The notes beneath the pieces are model-generated. The model did no database searches and was not told the origin of the DNA. It saw nothing but the letters and a program-made list of their open reading frames with translations. Position numbers and translations under genes: made by a program. Shown piece after piece: positions 1 through 18,165 of a stretch of 64,000 bases of DNA. Positions within the stretch are counted from its first letter, which is position 1, and each line of letters begins with the position of its first letter. The stretch is taken from contig OZ251245.1 in the NCBI GenBank assembly GCA_965240325.2, positions 248,001 to 312,000 of the forward strand, in the 5' to 3' direction. This DNA is from Rebecca billardiae RCC1528. Taxonomy: Eukaryota; Protista; Haptophyta.

Positions 1-5123
<5,123 letters not shown>

Positions 5124-5321
5124 CTCGGGGCGCTCGGTGCCACTGCTGAGCACCGCCCGCTGCGACCAGTACACCCCGCGTCCCCGGCGCGCGCCGGCTC
5201 GCCAGCGCGGAGAAGCTCACTGGCCGGCAAGTCCGGGTCCGAAGCCTGTCCCGGACCACCCTGGGGAGCCGCCATTCCGCAAGAGCATCCGCCTCATCGC
5301 GCTCGGCGTCATTAGCGGGCC

Positions 5322-6718
5322 ATGATCGCCGCTGTCGCCGTCTTTTTGGCGGCCTCGCACGCCCCGTCGAGGGTGGCGAGGGGCGCCCCGCGCGCGTCGC
5401 GCTCGGCGGTGGCCGCGTCGGCGCTCGCCCCGACCGCCGGCCGCTCGATGCTGCAAGTGCGCATCGCAGGCATCGGCTCGGCCGCGCCGGACGCGACCGT
5501 CTCGAATGCCGACTTGGAGTCGGTCGTCGAGACGTCCGACGAGTGGATCACGAAGCGCACAGGGATCACGAAGCGCCACCTGCTCTCATCGGACGGGAGC
5601 ATCTCCGACCTCGCCATCGCCGCGGCCAACCACGCGCTCAAGCACGCCGGCATCGCCGCCGAGGACATTGACCTCATTGTGCTCGCGACCTCGAGCCCCG
5701 ACGATCTCTTCGGGGACGCGGCGTACGTGGGCTCGCAGGTGGGCGCGACCAAGGCCGTCGCGTTCGACCTGACCGCCGCGTGCTCCGGCTTCCTCTTCGG
5801 CGTGGTCACCGCCTCGCAGTTCCTGCACACCGGCGCGTACAAACACGCGCTCGTGATCGGCGCGGACGCGCTCTCCCGCTGGGTCGACTGGGACGACCGG
5901 AACACGTGCATCCTGTTCGGCGACGGCGCGGGCGCCGTGGTGATGAGCGCCACGGGCGCCGCGGGCGGCGACGCGTCGGGCTGCGGCGTCCTCGGCTTCG
6001 AGATGCGCAGCGATGGCAGCGGACGGTGCCAGCTCAACCTTGGCTACACGGGCGAACCCAGGGCGCTCTCAGCAGCCGCAGGTGCGCCGCGCCGCGCCGC
6101 GCCGCGAGCGCGTCGCGCCGCGCCGCGCCGCCACGCCGCGGCGGGAACGGCTGGGCGTGCGCCGGTGCGAGGTCGGCCAGCGGCGGCGAGCCGCGGGAGG
6201 GGTGCTCGTCGCGCCCACCGCCCGCCCCGCGCCCGCCCCCCGCAGGCACCGTCTCCCAGGGGTCGTACAGGCGCATCGAGATGAACGGCAAGGAAGTGTA
6301 CAAGTTCGCTTGCTCGCGCGTGCCCGAGGTGTTGGAAAGTGCGCTCGGCAACGCGGGGATGGGCGCGGACGAGGTGGACTGGCTGCTGCTCCACCAGGCG
6401 AACATCCGCATCATCGAGGCCGTCGCGTCGCGCCTCGGCATCCCCCTGGACAAGGTGCCGCGCGCCGCCGCCGCGCGCCGCCGCCACGGCTCGACTGCCG
6501 CTCATTCCCGTTCGCGCGCAAACGCGCGAACGGCGCGCGCCGCGCTCGCGCAGGTGATCGCCAACCTGGACGAGTATGGGAACACGAGCGCGGCGTCGAT
6601 CCCGCTGGCGCTCGACGAGGCGGTCAAGTCGGGCAAGGTCAAGCCCGGCGACGTGATCGCGTGTGCAGGCTTTGGCGCCGGCCTGAGCTGGGGCGCTGCC
6701 ATCCTGCGCTGGGGTTAG
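5322..6718 (+). CDS. fabH: 3-oxoacyl-ACP synthase III (KAS III), probably plastid-targeted
   Basis: Motifs [18 protein letters not shown] (catalytic Cys), [15 protein letters not shown] and [10 protein letters not shown]-terminal signal/transit peptide. Exons 5322-6081, 6246-6454, 6554-6718. Confidence 0.96.
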
Positions 6719-7877
6719 GCCACCCTGCACGGCGGCGCGGCGATCTGCGTCGCTGGCCGGGCGCACGCGCACGGCACGCCATCGAACGTTGCACTCGCTC
6801 CGAAGCTCTCACGCCTGCGGCACTCTCGTGGCGGTGCGCGTGCTCGCGCGCCACGGGTCCTGGCCATCGCGCCCGCTGGCACTCCCAGCGGCTGAGTCCT
6901 CTGACCAGCGGCCTGCGCCCCGAGCCCGGCCACTCGCGGTGCCCTCGGCGCGTGACGACGCTCACGCTGGGGCTCGGCTGGGGCGCGCGAGCCACGCGCA
7001 TCATGGGTCATTCATGCGCTTCAAGCCGGTGCGGAGCTCCACGGCCACGCTGGCACCACGCGAGCGGCGGGCTGCATCTGGTCACCGCTGGCATTCAACT
7101 GCGGCGGGCTGCATCTTGATCTGGTCACCGGTGGGGCATGCCACGGACGCAGGCACGGTGACGGTTACCAGCAGCCGAGCAGGCTGAGACCAGCCATTGG
7201 ACCAGGCTCATCATGGCTCACGGCTCAGAACTGCTAAGCGGCTAAGGCTGTTTCAAGCACTATACGGTGTGGATGATTCTACTCTGCTGGATCTGCATTC
7301 TGCTGATGATCTAGTCATTCTAGTCTGTCTGATTTAATAATATATTTATTAATATATTATAATTATAAGCAGTCTATAAGTATAAGTAATATTTTAAAAT
7401 GGCTAGATTAAGTATTATAATTCACTATTCAGATGACGATGGCATTATTAATCGATACTCAGATATATATATATATATGCTATGATATATATACTGCTTC
7501 GCGACGCGGATTACTGGCATCGGCCGGCATCAGCTCCGACGAGCGCGTCGCGCGCCTTTCAGTTTCGGCTCTCGTCCAGTCGCGTCCTCGACCCTCTCGA
7601 CCCTCTCGTGAGTCTCGGACCGCGTACTCACCGTAGACCTCCGCTCTCTGAGCTCGGCGTCGTCTCGACAGACGTGAGACGACACTCTCGATCGTGCCTC
7701 CGCCTCCCGCCTCCGGACGGCGACCGGCGTCATATATGACCGTGGCCATGATGACTGACCGTCTGGGCCGCGCGTCCCCCGCCCGCCCCGCGTGCGGTCC
7801 GCGGTCCGCCGCCGTCCGGCCCCGCGCCGCCCGTCTGCGAGCCCGGCAGATGAGTGAGTGACCGCGTGACAGCGCGC

Positions 7878-8576
7878 CTAGGCGCCTCCCCCGAAGAGGT
7901 CTTTCAGCATACCTCCCGGACCTCGTGGCGCCCCACCGGCTGCCACCCAGCCCTGCGCCTTTCCGCTCACCAGCGCCTGGTGCTCCGCGCCGAACGCCTC
8001 GCCAAAGCACGGGCGCTCGGCGCACCTCAGCATGTACGACGCAATGTTGGGCCGAGACGACAGGTCTGTCGACGGGAAGAAGAGCGGCACGTAGTTGAGG
8101 TACGAGCCCACCGCGACGTCGGCCACGGAGAACGTGTCGTCGACGAGCCACTCGCAGCTCCCAAGGATCGACTCGAGCTTGTCGACAGCCTTGACCCCCG
8201 GACGATCGAGCGAGCTGCCACGCACGCGATGGTCGCCTGGGATCGCGCCGAAGCAGAGGCCGTCGAGCTCGCTGTTCGCCCAGAGCACCCACTTCGTGTA
8301 CCGAGCGCGCGATTGCGGCGTGCCGTTTGGATCGGCCTTGTCTGCGAGGTAGAGCAAGATCGCTCCGCTCTCGAAGACCTCGACGCCGCCGTCATCGACA
8401 AGAAATGGCACCTGTCCAAACGGATGGTTGGACGGGAGCGGCGGCACCACCTGCAGCGGGATGCCGGCTTCGGCCGCGTACCAGTTGACGAGGGGTGATC
8501 GCGAGCCGGGCGTGCCGTGCAGCTTCACCACTGCGGGCGCGCAGAGCGTCGCAACCAGGGCGGCGATCATCGACAT
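7878..8576 (-). CDS. Glutathione S-transferase family protein with N-terminal targeting peptide
   Basis: HPFGQVPFLVD, FESGAILLYLA and FSVADVAV motifs; single exon. Confidence 0.9.
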   Translation of the reverse strand: MSMIAALVATLCAPAVVKLHGTPGSRSPLVNWYAAEAGIPLQVVPPLPSNHPFGQVPFLVDDGGVEVFESGAILLYLADKADPNGTPQSRARYTKWVLWANSELDGLCFGAIPGDHRVRGSSLDRPGVKAVDKLESILGSCEWLVDDTFSVADVAVGSYLNYVPLFFPSTDLSSRPNIASYMLRCAERPCFGEAFGAEHQALVSGKAQGWVAAGGAPRGPGGMLKDLFGGGA

Positions 8577-9140
8577 ACGGTGATGAACGATAGGGGACGT
8601 CACGGCCGCCCGAGATCCCCATCGTCGTTTTTTTGAGTTCCGAATGTTTTCGGTTGTATTCCGGACGATTTTATGATGAGGACGAACCGGCCTAGTTCTT
8701 CAGCACCGGCGCACCGCCACCGGGACACTCCCGATCAATCACACTCTGCTGTCATGACTGAGCGACGCTGAACGTCTTAGAATTTCTGAAAGCCGCCCAG
8801 TGAACTACACGTGCGGAGTCGCGGCGTTCGCGTTGGGCAAGGCAGCTGCGCAAGAGGGTTTGGGGCGCGGCGAGGGTTCATGAGCGCAGCGCAGGCACGC
8901 GGTGACGGGCGCGGGGATCGGATAGTCACCCGTTGGCCGCGCCCGGGCTCGCGGGTCGCTGGCGGGTAGCCCGAGCGCGGGCCGCACACTCGCGGGGCCG
9001 GCACGTGGCGTGGGCAAAGGATCTGTCAAACCCAGCTGAGGTGGAAAAAGTGGTGTAGATATACACCGAGGGTTTGTTCGGCGCACGACCGAGTCGTGCG
9101 CCAGAGGACGCCGTGGACACGGGCCAAGCGGACGACGCGC

Positions 9141-9749
<609 letters not shown>

Positions 9750-9989
9750 TCAGAGTTGAGAGTGCTCGGCAGCGAAGGCCAACGATCTCGAGCTTTTTGG
9801 CTCGTTTGAAATGTCGCCCGGACTCGGCCGCCGGACGGCGGCGGCGGCGGCCCAACGGCCGCCTCCGACTCCAACAATCCGGGCGCGGCGGGCAGAAGAG
9901 CGCTCCCGACCGGCGACCGGCGGACCGCAACAAGGCGGCTCGCTCCGCCACCTCTTTGTCGTAGGCGTCGCGAGGTGGTGGTGGGCGCG

Positions 9990-11080
9990 ATGGCGGACTT
10001 CAGCGACCCGGCGTTCATCGCGCGCGTGACGGCCGTGCTCTCCACGATCATGCTCGTCTCGGTGCAGGCCGGTCTGGGCTGCACGGTCACGGTGGGCGAC
10101 CTGCGCAACACCCTGCGCAAGCCGGTCGCGGTCGGTCTCGGGCTGTTCGCGCAAATCATCTTCATGCCGCTGGTGGCGTACATCCTGGCGCTCATGCTCG
10201 GGATGGAGGGCGACGATCTGCTCGGGCTGGCGCTCGTCGCCTGCACGCCAGGCGGCTCTATGTCGAACGTCTTCTCCTACTACGGCCGCGGCAACATGGC
10301 GCTGTCCATTGCGTTGACCGTCTTCTCCAACTTGCTCGCGTTCGGCACGATGCCGCTCGCACTGCTGATCCTCGCGCCATCCTCGTCCGTGCCCTTTCGC
10401 AAGATTGTGGAGACGCTCGCCCTGACCATCGTGCCCACGGGCGTCGGCATCGCGCTCAAGACGTTCCGGCCCCGCATCGCCATCTGGGGTGAGAAGATCG
10501 GCGCGGCCATCGGAGGGCTCACGGTGATCGGCGCCATCATCTCAGGCGTGGTGGGCAATATCGACAAGCTGGACCAGCTGCCGAGCGAGCTCTTCATCTC
10601 GACATCGATGCTCGGCCTCATTGGCATGGTGTTTGCGTACGCCATCGCCGTCTGCGGCCGCATCCGTGGCAGCCGGAGGTGCGTGCGAGCCGCGCGTGCT
10701 GCGCCCCGTCCCTCGCGCCGCACAGCTGACCAGCCGGTCGCGCGCGGCGCGTCGCGTGGCGCAGGATCACGCTGTGCATCGAGACGGGCGTCCAGAACCT
10801 GGCGCTCACCATCGCACTCATCTCGCTCTCCTTCAACAGCCAGTTCAGCATTCTCGTGTACAGCTACATGTTTGGCCTCATCATCTGCATCGAGTGCACG
10901 CTCTTCGTGGCGGCCATCCGCGTGCCGGCCGTGCGCCGCGTCGCGTGCGGCATCGATCCTGAGGAGGACTCAATCGATGAGATGGTCCCCGTGCCCGTGG
11001 CACAGCAATCCACGGGGCTGGACAAGGCGCAGGACGGCGATCACGACAACTCTGTGGGTATTGCCACGCAGCAGGCTTGA
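9990..11080 (+). CDS. Bile acid:sodium symporter (BASS/SLC10) family transporter
   Basis: Multi-TM protein with QIIFMP, CTPGGSMSN and IETGVQN motifs; intron 10679-10764. Confidence 0.92.
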
Positions 11081-12809
11081 TGGCGAATCTCCTCGATCTA
11101 TCGCCTCAAAGAGAGATATATATATATATATATGTGCTTCTAGTGACCGCCAGCCGCATCGCAACATCATCCGCGACGACGCGGTCGTCACTTCGTCAAT
11201 ATATATATCAGCAGCATATATCTCATCATGGTTAATAAGTCGGTGTGTGCCATTACGGTGTGTGTCGGTCATCATATACATACATACATACATATATATG
11301 TATATATTAACGACGTGGTATGCAACGGGCAGGCGTCAGAGTCAGCAAGCTGTAGCGGCAGATCGAGCAGCAGAGACAAACACCAGGATATATATATGCA
11401 TATATAGTATGTGTATGATGGCTGATTCCGTCTCCAATCAGTGATAAGAATCAGTACTTCGACAGACGTAAATCAGGAGAGCCGCGCCCTCGTGCCTGTG
11501 TCTTTAAATCATCATAGTATTAATATACCGATACATAGTAGTAGTATATATATATAGTATATCTGCTGCTGAGACCTGATATAAATATATTAAAATAATA
11601 GCAGCAGCATAAGACTGCTGTCGACACTGACTATAATACTATATAGTCAGTCATTATAGAATCAATAGGAACCGATATTAGCAGTGGCTCGGCTGGCGGA
11701 GAGCATCAATGGTATCGCATGTCGTCACAGTCATCATCAGCATCAGGACTTCATGCTGCTGCAATATTCTAAAGCTGCATGCTCACTCAGTCACGGACGC
11801 ACTGTCGTCGATCCGGAGCAGCTCGGCGCTGTCTAAGCCACTCAGTATACAGAGTATACTCACTCGGAACAGTCAGTGTCACTAGCTACTGACGGGCCAG
11901 CGGCACAGCCTAGCTGAGCCGCTGGCGGTGCTGCAGCACTGCGGCTGACGGCCCCGACTTACTCTCACAGCTTCACAGGTTGCGCTGGTTGCACCGGGCG
12001 CGGCCCAGTCGCTACAGACCCGGCCGTAGGCCGTGGCGTACCGACGCGCCCGTCCCGGCGCTGGGGGCGCCCGTATCTGCCCGTGACGACGATGCGCCCG
12101 CGGCTGACCGCGCCACCCGGCCATCACCCGCGACGGCCCTGAATCTGATGATTCCGGGACCGGCGGTCGGACCCGCGAGCAGCTGTATAGCACTAGTCAC
12201 GGGCCGGCTGCAGGTGGCATACTAGGCCGCGGTCGCGAATGGCCCGATGGGCGTGACACGACGCGTGACTCGGCCAATGACGGCAGCAGCCAGCACTCTA
12301 CGGTTCACTGTCGGGCGGTTCCTCGCGGAGCTGACCGCGACTACCCGCGCCCGGTACTGCCTGACGAGTGTTGTGAGTGCTGCCGCTACGACCGCGCCTG
12401 CTGCCGCCAGTGAGCCGCCTGCTAAGGCGACCGCGCTGACGATGACGCCGCCGCCACCGCGCAGGCCCGGAACGGGCGGAAGTCGACAGTCGAGCACCGC
12501 GTACTACCCGGTTCACTCCGATCCGACTGGTTCGGCGACGCTGCCAGCGGCGCCTCCGACTGCTGGGCACTGGTCTCACCGAGTCCCGGCGCGCTCGCGG
12601 CACTGGCAATGTCAAGCAGCGGCTCGTAAGTAACTCGGGCCGCCGCCGGCGGCGCCCGGCCGCTCGTGACCGCTCCGCATCCCGGCGGGCGTGGCACGCA
12701 TATGCGCGCAATGACGTAGGCGGACCATGATACTATTAGTACTGCTGCGCTAGCTGCAATGCTGTGGCAGCCGCCGGACGTGATTATAATGACTGCAGGG
12801 CAGTAGGCT

Positions 12810-13213
12810 TCAGCTATCGAAGTGGTCACGGAAGTGCATCTCCGTCTCTGACTTCCACGCGCCGCCAAGGAACGAGGCCGACTGCCCGTTCTTTCGCTTG
12901 TTCTTCGTACGGTCCTTGACCGAGTCCTCCTTCTTCTCACGCCCACGCTTTGCCACTTGCGTGGGCGCCTTCGCGGCTGCCACCGGCAGGCCTGAGGCTC
13001 GGGCTGGAGGGGCAGGCTCAGGCAGCTGAGCGCGCGAGGCCGTCATTCGTGAAACGGGCTCGTCGACCAGCGCGTGAGCATGCTGTGGGAGCTGGGGAGC
13101 GGGCATACCCTCAGCCGCAGCTAGAATTTCGTCCGCTGATGGCAACAGCCCAGTCGGCGCGATCGCTGTCGGATCATTGCTGCGTGCACGCGCACGGGCG
13201 CCGTCGCCGGCAT

Positions 13214-13275
<62 letters not shown>

Positions 13276-13466
13276 TCGTCGTCGTCGTCGTCATCCTCGT
13301 CATTGAGTGCGTTGGCTACTAGTGGCATGGGTACATGCGGCGCAGCACCCATATTCCGCTGCTCCTCGTCGCTGTCATCCGACTCGGAGCCATAGCCGCG
13401 CAGCGCCTCCATCGTGATGGACAAAGGCAGTCCGGTGCCGTCGACCATACCCCCATCGGCAGCCAT
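12810..13466 (-). CDS. Uncharacterised protein with poly-Asp tract and basic C-terminal motif (KRKNGQS...WKSETEM..RDHFD)
   Basis: ATG-initiated ORF with coding-like composition; alternative start MEALRGYGSESD at 13412; (GAC)n tract. Confidence 0.7.
13217..13293 (+). repeat. (GTC)n trinucleotide repeat encoding poly-Asp on the minus strand
   Basis: Directly visible in the sequence. Confidence 0.95.
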
Positions 13467-13891
13467 ACTACTATGTCGTTAATGAAGACCAGCCTTCTCG
13501 TGTTTGCCGCCGCCGGGCGGACGACGCTTCTATCATAAAACCGCGACTGCGAAACATGAGTTCGTATTTGATGGTCCTTTGGTTCGAGGAATTATGAGGG
13601 ATATTCCGGATCGTTACTCTAGCTTTTTCAGTTGTAGTCAGAGTTGTAGTCATGTGCTTACTTGTAGATGGTCCCAAATTACTCATCAGCTACGACTTGA
13701 ATAAGCCCAACTCATCAAGCTTTCCACATTTTGAATGTTGGGGGTACGGTTCCGTGCGAGTGCATATCATGAACGTCGTCAAATTCAGCATGAACTCACC
13801 TTCGGCTTGTGTGCATCACCAGATAATAACTTGGTTGGAGCCGGGTTCTTCACCCGGCTGGCCCAGCTCACGCCCGGCGCGGCCAGCTCCC

Positions 13892-16800
13892 ATGCGCCTT
13901 CCGGCTCACCCGCGCGCAACCGCGTGCACGGAGATCCTACTCGTGACAGACCCGGGTCCAGACCCCGATGACATCAAAGCGCTGGTCGTCCTTGCCACGC
14001 TGCACGCGAAGCAGCGGCGCTCGCGCGTGCGCCTGTGCGGCGTGATCGCGAACGGTGGGCGCCAGGCGGCTGCACGCGCGCAGCTCGCGCTGGCGACCCT
14101 CACGCACTTGCACGTGAGCGACGTGCCGGTCGGCGTGGGGAGTGCGGGCAAGCCGTACACGCCGCAGCCGCACGAGTACGCGCTCGAGGGCTACGATCAA
14201 GTCGATGTCTCGCAGCTGAGGCCCGGAGCCGACGTGATGCATGCGGCGCTCGAGCGCGCGCTGCCTCGCTCGCTGGTGGTCGTGCTCATCAGCTCGCTGC
14301 GCGACTTTGCGGACGCGATACTGGAGGACCCCAACACCGTGCTCGCAAAGGTGCGCGAGGTCGCCGTGATGGGCGGTCTCGAGCCCGACGCCGACGCGCC
14401 CTCCGGCTATCGTCCCGACTCGAGCGTAAACAACGAGTTTGACTGCGAAGCAGCCAAGACGGTGTACGACTTCTGCTTCGAGCGCGGCGTGCCGCTCTGC
14501 GTGATCTCGCGGGACGCGATCCCCATGCTGCCCATGCGCCTCGCCAAGTCCTTCGCCGAGCGCTCCGCCTGCCCGATCATGCGCTACCTCGCGGACGCGC
14601 AGTTCCTCGGCCTCGAGGGGCTGTGGCTGAAGCTGTGCGAGGGCAAGCTGCCCGCGCGCTGCACGAAGCAGTGGTACTTCGAGACGTTCTGCGGCGTGAC
14701 GTCCGCGGGCTTCGAGAAGCATGGCTACGCGCAGCTCGGCGCCGACGCCGACATCACGTCGCACCTGAACGGCTACGTCAAACCGTGAGCCGCCCGCCCG
14801 AGCGCAGCGCGTGTCGTGCGCGCGCGGCCCTCTGTCTGTCTGTGCGCACGGGCCGAGCGTGACCGGCCGCGCGCGCGCGCGCCCTTCTCACGTGCGTGCC
14901 CACAGGTACGACGTGGTGGCGCTGATGACTGTGCTGCCGCACACGCGCGCGCCCTTCGACGACTTTGCGCCGACCAAGCTGCCGGCTGCCGACGGCCGCG
15001 CCGTGCAGCACCGCCTGCTGCTCTCGGCTCGGCACTCGATCGGCACGACCGCCGTGCTCGAGCTCTTGCGGAACACGTACCACGACGTCCTCCTTGCGAC
15101 GAGCGGCGGCTCGTCGCCACCGCCGAGCCCGGGCGCGCGGCGCGGCGCGCCGCTCCTCTGCGCACAGCCCCGGCCGCGGCGGTTTCGGCTCGGCTGGTCG
15201 GGCGACGGCCTGCGAAAGATCTCTGCGGCGCAGACGCAGCAGATGGCGGGCGACTTCTCGTCAGGCGGCTCCTCGCAGAAGCGGCGCCAGCGGGCCGGCG
15301 GCTCGGGCGCGCCGCCGGAGGGCGGCTCGGAGGGCACGCCGCAGAGCGCGCCGGCCACCTCGCAGTCCGCCAAGTCCGCCGACGGCCGCGGCGACACCTT
15401 TGTCGCGGCGCGCACAGCGCTCGGCGTGCGCGGCGCGCTCGTCGCGCGCAACGGCGACGGCGTGCTGAGCGGCGAGGACGCTCGGTTCGTGGCGGAGTGC
15501 GCGGTGTGGGACGTGCGCGAGGCGCTCGGGCGCTCGACGCTGCTGCTCGGCGTGCTCAGCACGTGCCTCTTCGTCGCGGGCTTCATCGGCCAGCTCACAG
15601 CCTTCACGCTCTACCGCAGCGCGCGCGGCGCCACCGACCCCGTTCTCTTCTTCCTGCAGGTGCGAGTGTTTGGGCTGTGCATTGGGTTCGGCTTCATGGC
15701 GGCGCTGCTCGCGCTGCAGCCGGTGCACGCGCACCGGCACGCGCTCCTCGCGCTCGCGGTGACCACCGTCGCGTACACCGCCTACGTCGCGTACACGAAC
15801 GTGTTCCAGCTGCTCGGGCAGACGAGGCTGGCAAGCGTCCCCTACTTCGACTCGTGCCGTGCCGCGGACGAGCCGGACTGGGCGAGCGTGGCGCACGGCT
15901 ACTGGTACGTCGCTCACCTGGGTGTGCACGTGTACAGCATACTCGCGATCTCGACGGCGGCGTGGCGCTGGGGCCGCGCCACGTCGAGCGACGAGACGGG
16001 GCGCAGCCGCGGCTCGGCGACGGTGATGAGCGCGAGCGCGCTCCTCGATGCGCAGTGGTGGACGTTCGGCGCGCGGAGCTTCACGGCCGGCGTCAACTTT
16101 GCCATCATCGCGGCGCGCTGCTCGGCGGGCGGCGTGTACTCGTGGCCGCCCGCCGACATCGGGCCGATCGTCACGGCGACCGCGCTCATCCGGCTCGCGA
16201 TCGCCGCGGCGGCGCTGCGCGTGCGCGTGCGCGGCGCGATGCAGGCGCGCGCCGCGCGCCTCGTGTCCGCCGGGCTGCAGGCTCACACCGCGCTCGCCCC
16301 ACTCCTGGAGCTGTACGGAGCGAACGCGTTCGATCTCGGCGCCATCTGGGAGTCGGCGGCGCACTCGCTCCACGGCGCGCCCGTCGACGAGAACGCCCGG
16401 CACCGGCTGACGCTCACCGAGTCGATGCGCAGCTCCAGCCGCCAGTCTGAGCGCACCTCCAAGGCGACGACCGACGACGGTACAGTCCGCTCGTCCTCAG
16501 AGCCGCCCGAGCCGCCCCCGGCGCCGCGCCGCTCCTCGCGCTCGCTCGACGACGGCTCGGAGGCGGCGCCGATGCACGTGCTGCTGCAGGAGGCGTTCGG
16601 GCGCTCCTCCGGCCGGGGCGGCATCGCGTGGCAGCGGTCGCGCTCGACGCTTGGCGCACAACACCACCCACTCGCCCTCACCGACGTGAGCTCGCTCACG
16701 CGGCGCGCGGTCAGCTTCGCGCGGCGCAAGGCTCCCGCTGCCGCGGCGCAACCGCCCGCCCTCGGCACCGAGGTCGAGGCCACGGCGGTCGATGCGTATG

Positions 16801-17648
16801 CCGTGCACTCGCCCGCGGACGAGCCGCGCGAGTGCGCGCGCGCGCTCGCGCGCTGGGCTGAGGCGTTCGAGGCGGCGCAGGGCCGCCCGCCAACCGTGTT
16901 CGTGCACGAGGTCGGCGCGGACCCGGCGCTCACGCCCGGCGAGCTGCTCTCCCACCTGCCCTTCTACCTCGCGCAATCTCGGCGGCTGCTGCTGCTCGTC
17001 GGCCCTCACTTCCTGAGCCGGCTCTCCGAGTGCCTCCCGCTTCACCTGTGGCTGGTGATGGGAGGGTCGATGCGGAGCGTCGACGTGCAGATCGTCGCAC
17101 GCGACGAGGACGAGCGCGCCGCCATCGTCACCGCCTTCGACACCTTCCATGTGATGCATGCGGACGACGGAGGCGGCGGCTCGAGCGCGGCCGCGCGCGC
17201 GGCGCAGCCGGCACTCGACGGCTCGTCAGCGCTGCAGCAGTCCATGTGCGCGCGCGCGCGGATCCGCGCGGTCGAGCTCGCGCGTGTCTCGCGATTCAAC
17301 GCCGCCGTCCGCCTGTACCTCCCCCGCGTGATCGGCGCCGTGGAGACGCTGGCCAGCTTGGCCGAGGCGGGGCCGCCGCCGCCGCCGCCGCTGGGCGTGG
17401 CCGAGCCCGCAGACGCCGACGCGCCTCCGCCGCTCTCAGTCGCCGCGGTGAACGTCGAGGCGGACGGCGTGGCGAGCAGCACGGATGGACGGGCGCCTCC
17501 GCCGCGGCCCAGCCCGCAGCCCAAGCCGGACGCCGACGCGTCGAACGGCTCGACCCATGAGCGCATCACCCCCGCAGGCGATCAGATTCGGGCTCATCAT
17601 CCGGACTTCGCCCATCGGCAGTCCAGCCAGCCCGGCGCCGGCGGGTGA
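13892..17648 (+). CDS. XopQ/HopQ1-like nucleoside-hydrolase domain + about 6 TM helices + degenerate TIR-like domain
   Basis: Exons 13892-14784 and 14906-17648 joined in frame by a GTGAGC...CACAG intron. N-domain: VTDPGPDPDD, VAVMGG, PDSSVNNEFD, KPYDVVAL. TM block about 15540-16230. C-domain: DAYAVHS...RPPTVF...LPFYLAQSRRLLLLVGPHFLSRL. Confidence 0.8.
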
Positions 17649-18165
17649 CGCCTGACGGTCGTCTGCGCCCGCGCAAGCTAAGACACGCCGGACGGACCCG
17701 GAGCCAGCATGCGCCGTGAGGCGCGCCCTCGGAGATGGCGAGCTGCCGATGCTGCTGGCGCTTCATCCCAGGGCGCATTCGCGCAGCGCCGCAGCACTCA
17801 CTTACAGTAGCAGCATGCCTGCGGGCAGCGGTCCTGAGTCGAGCCCTACGGAGGGTCGGAGGCAGACTCGGAGTCGCTACTTCACTGTACCACTGTAGTA
17901 TGAGCAGCGTACTGTGCCGACCGCGCATCTAATACTATGTAGCCCTACTGTGCGTCTCTTATTCTTAGTAAACTGTACTATGTACAGTAGCAGTGCACTC
18001 GGCATTCTGTCCTGAACTCCAGCAATGACAGTCTCATGAACAGTCAGAGGCCGCGGCGGTCTTGACGAGATCGGGCCCCGACCGGCCGGCCAATCGGGGC
18101 CTTCATTCAGTGCGCGACGAGGCGGCAAGACGACGACGTGTCGTTGGGCAGCACAGCCGATGCAA

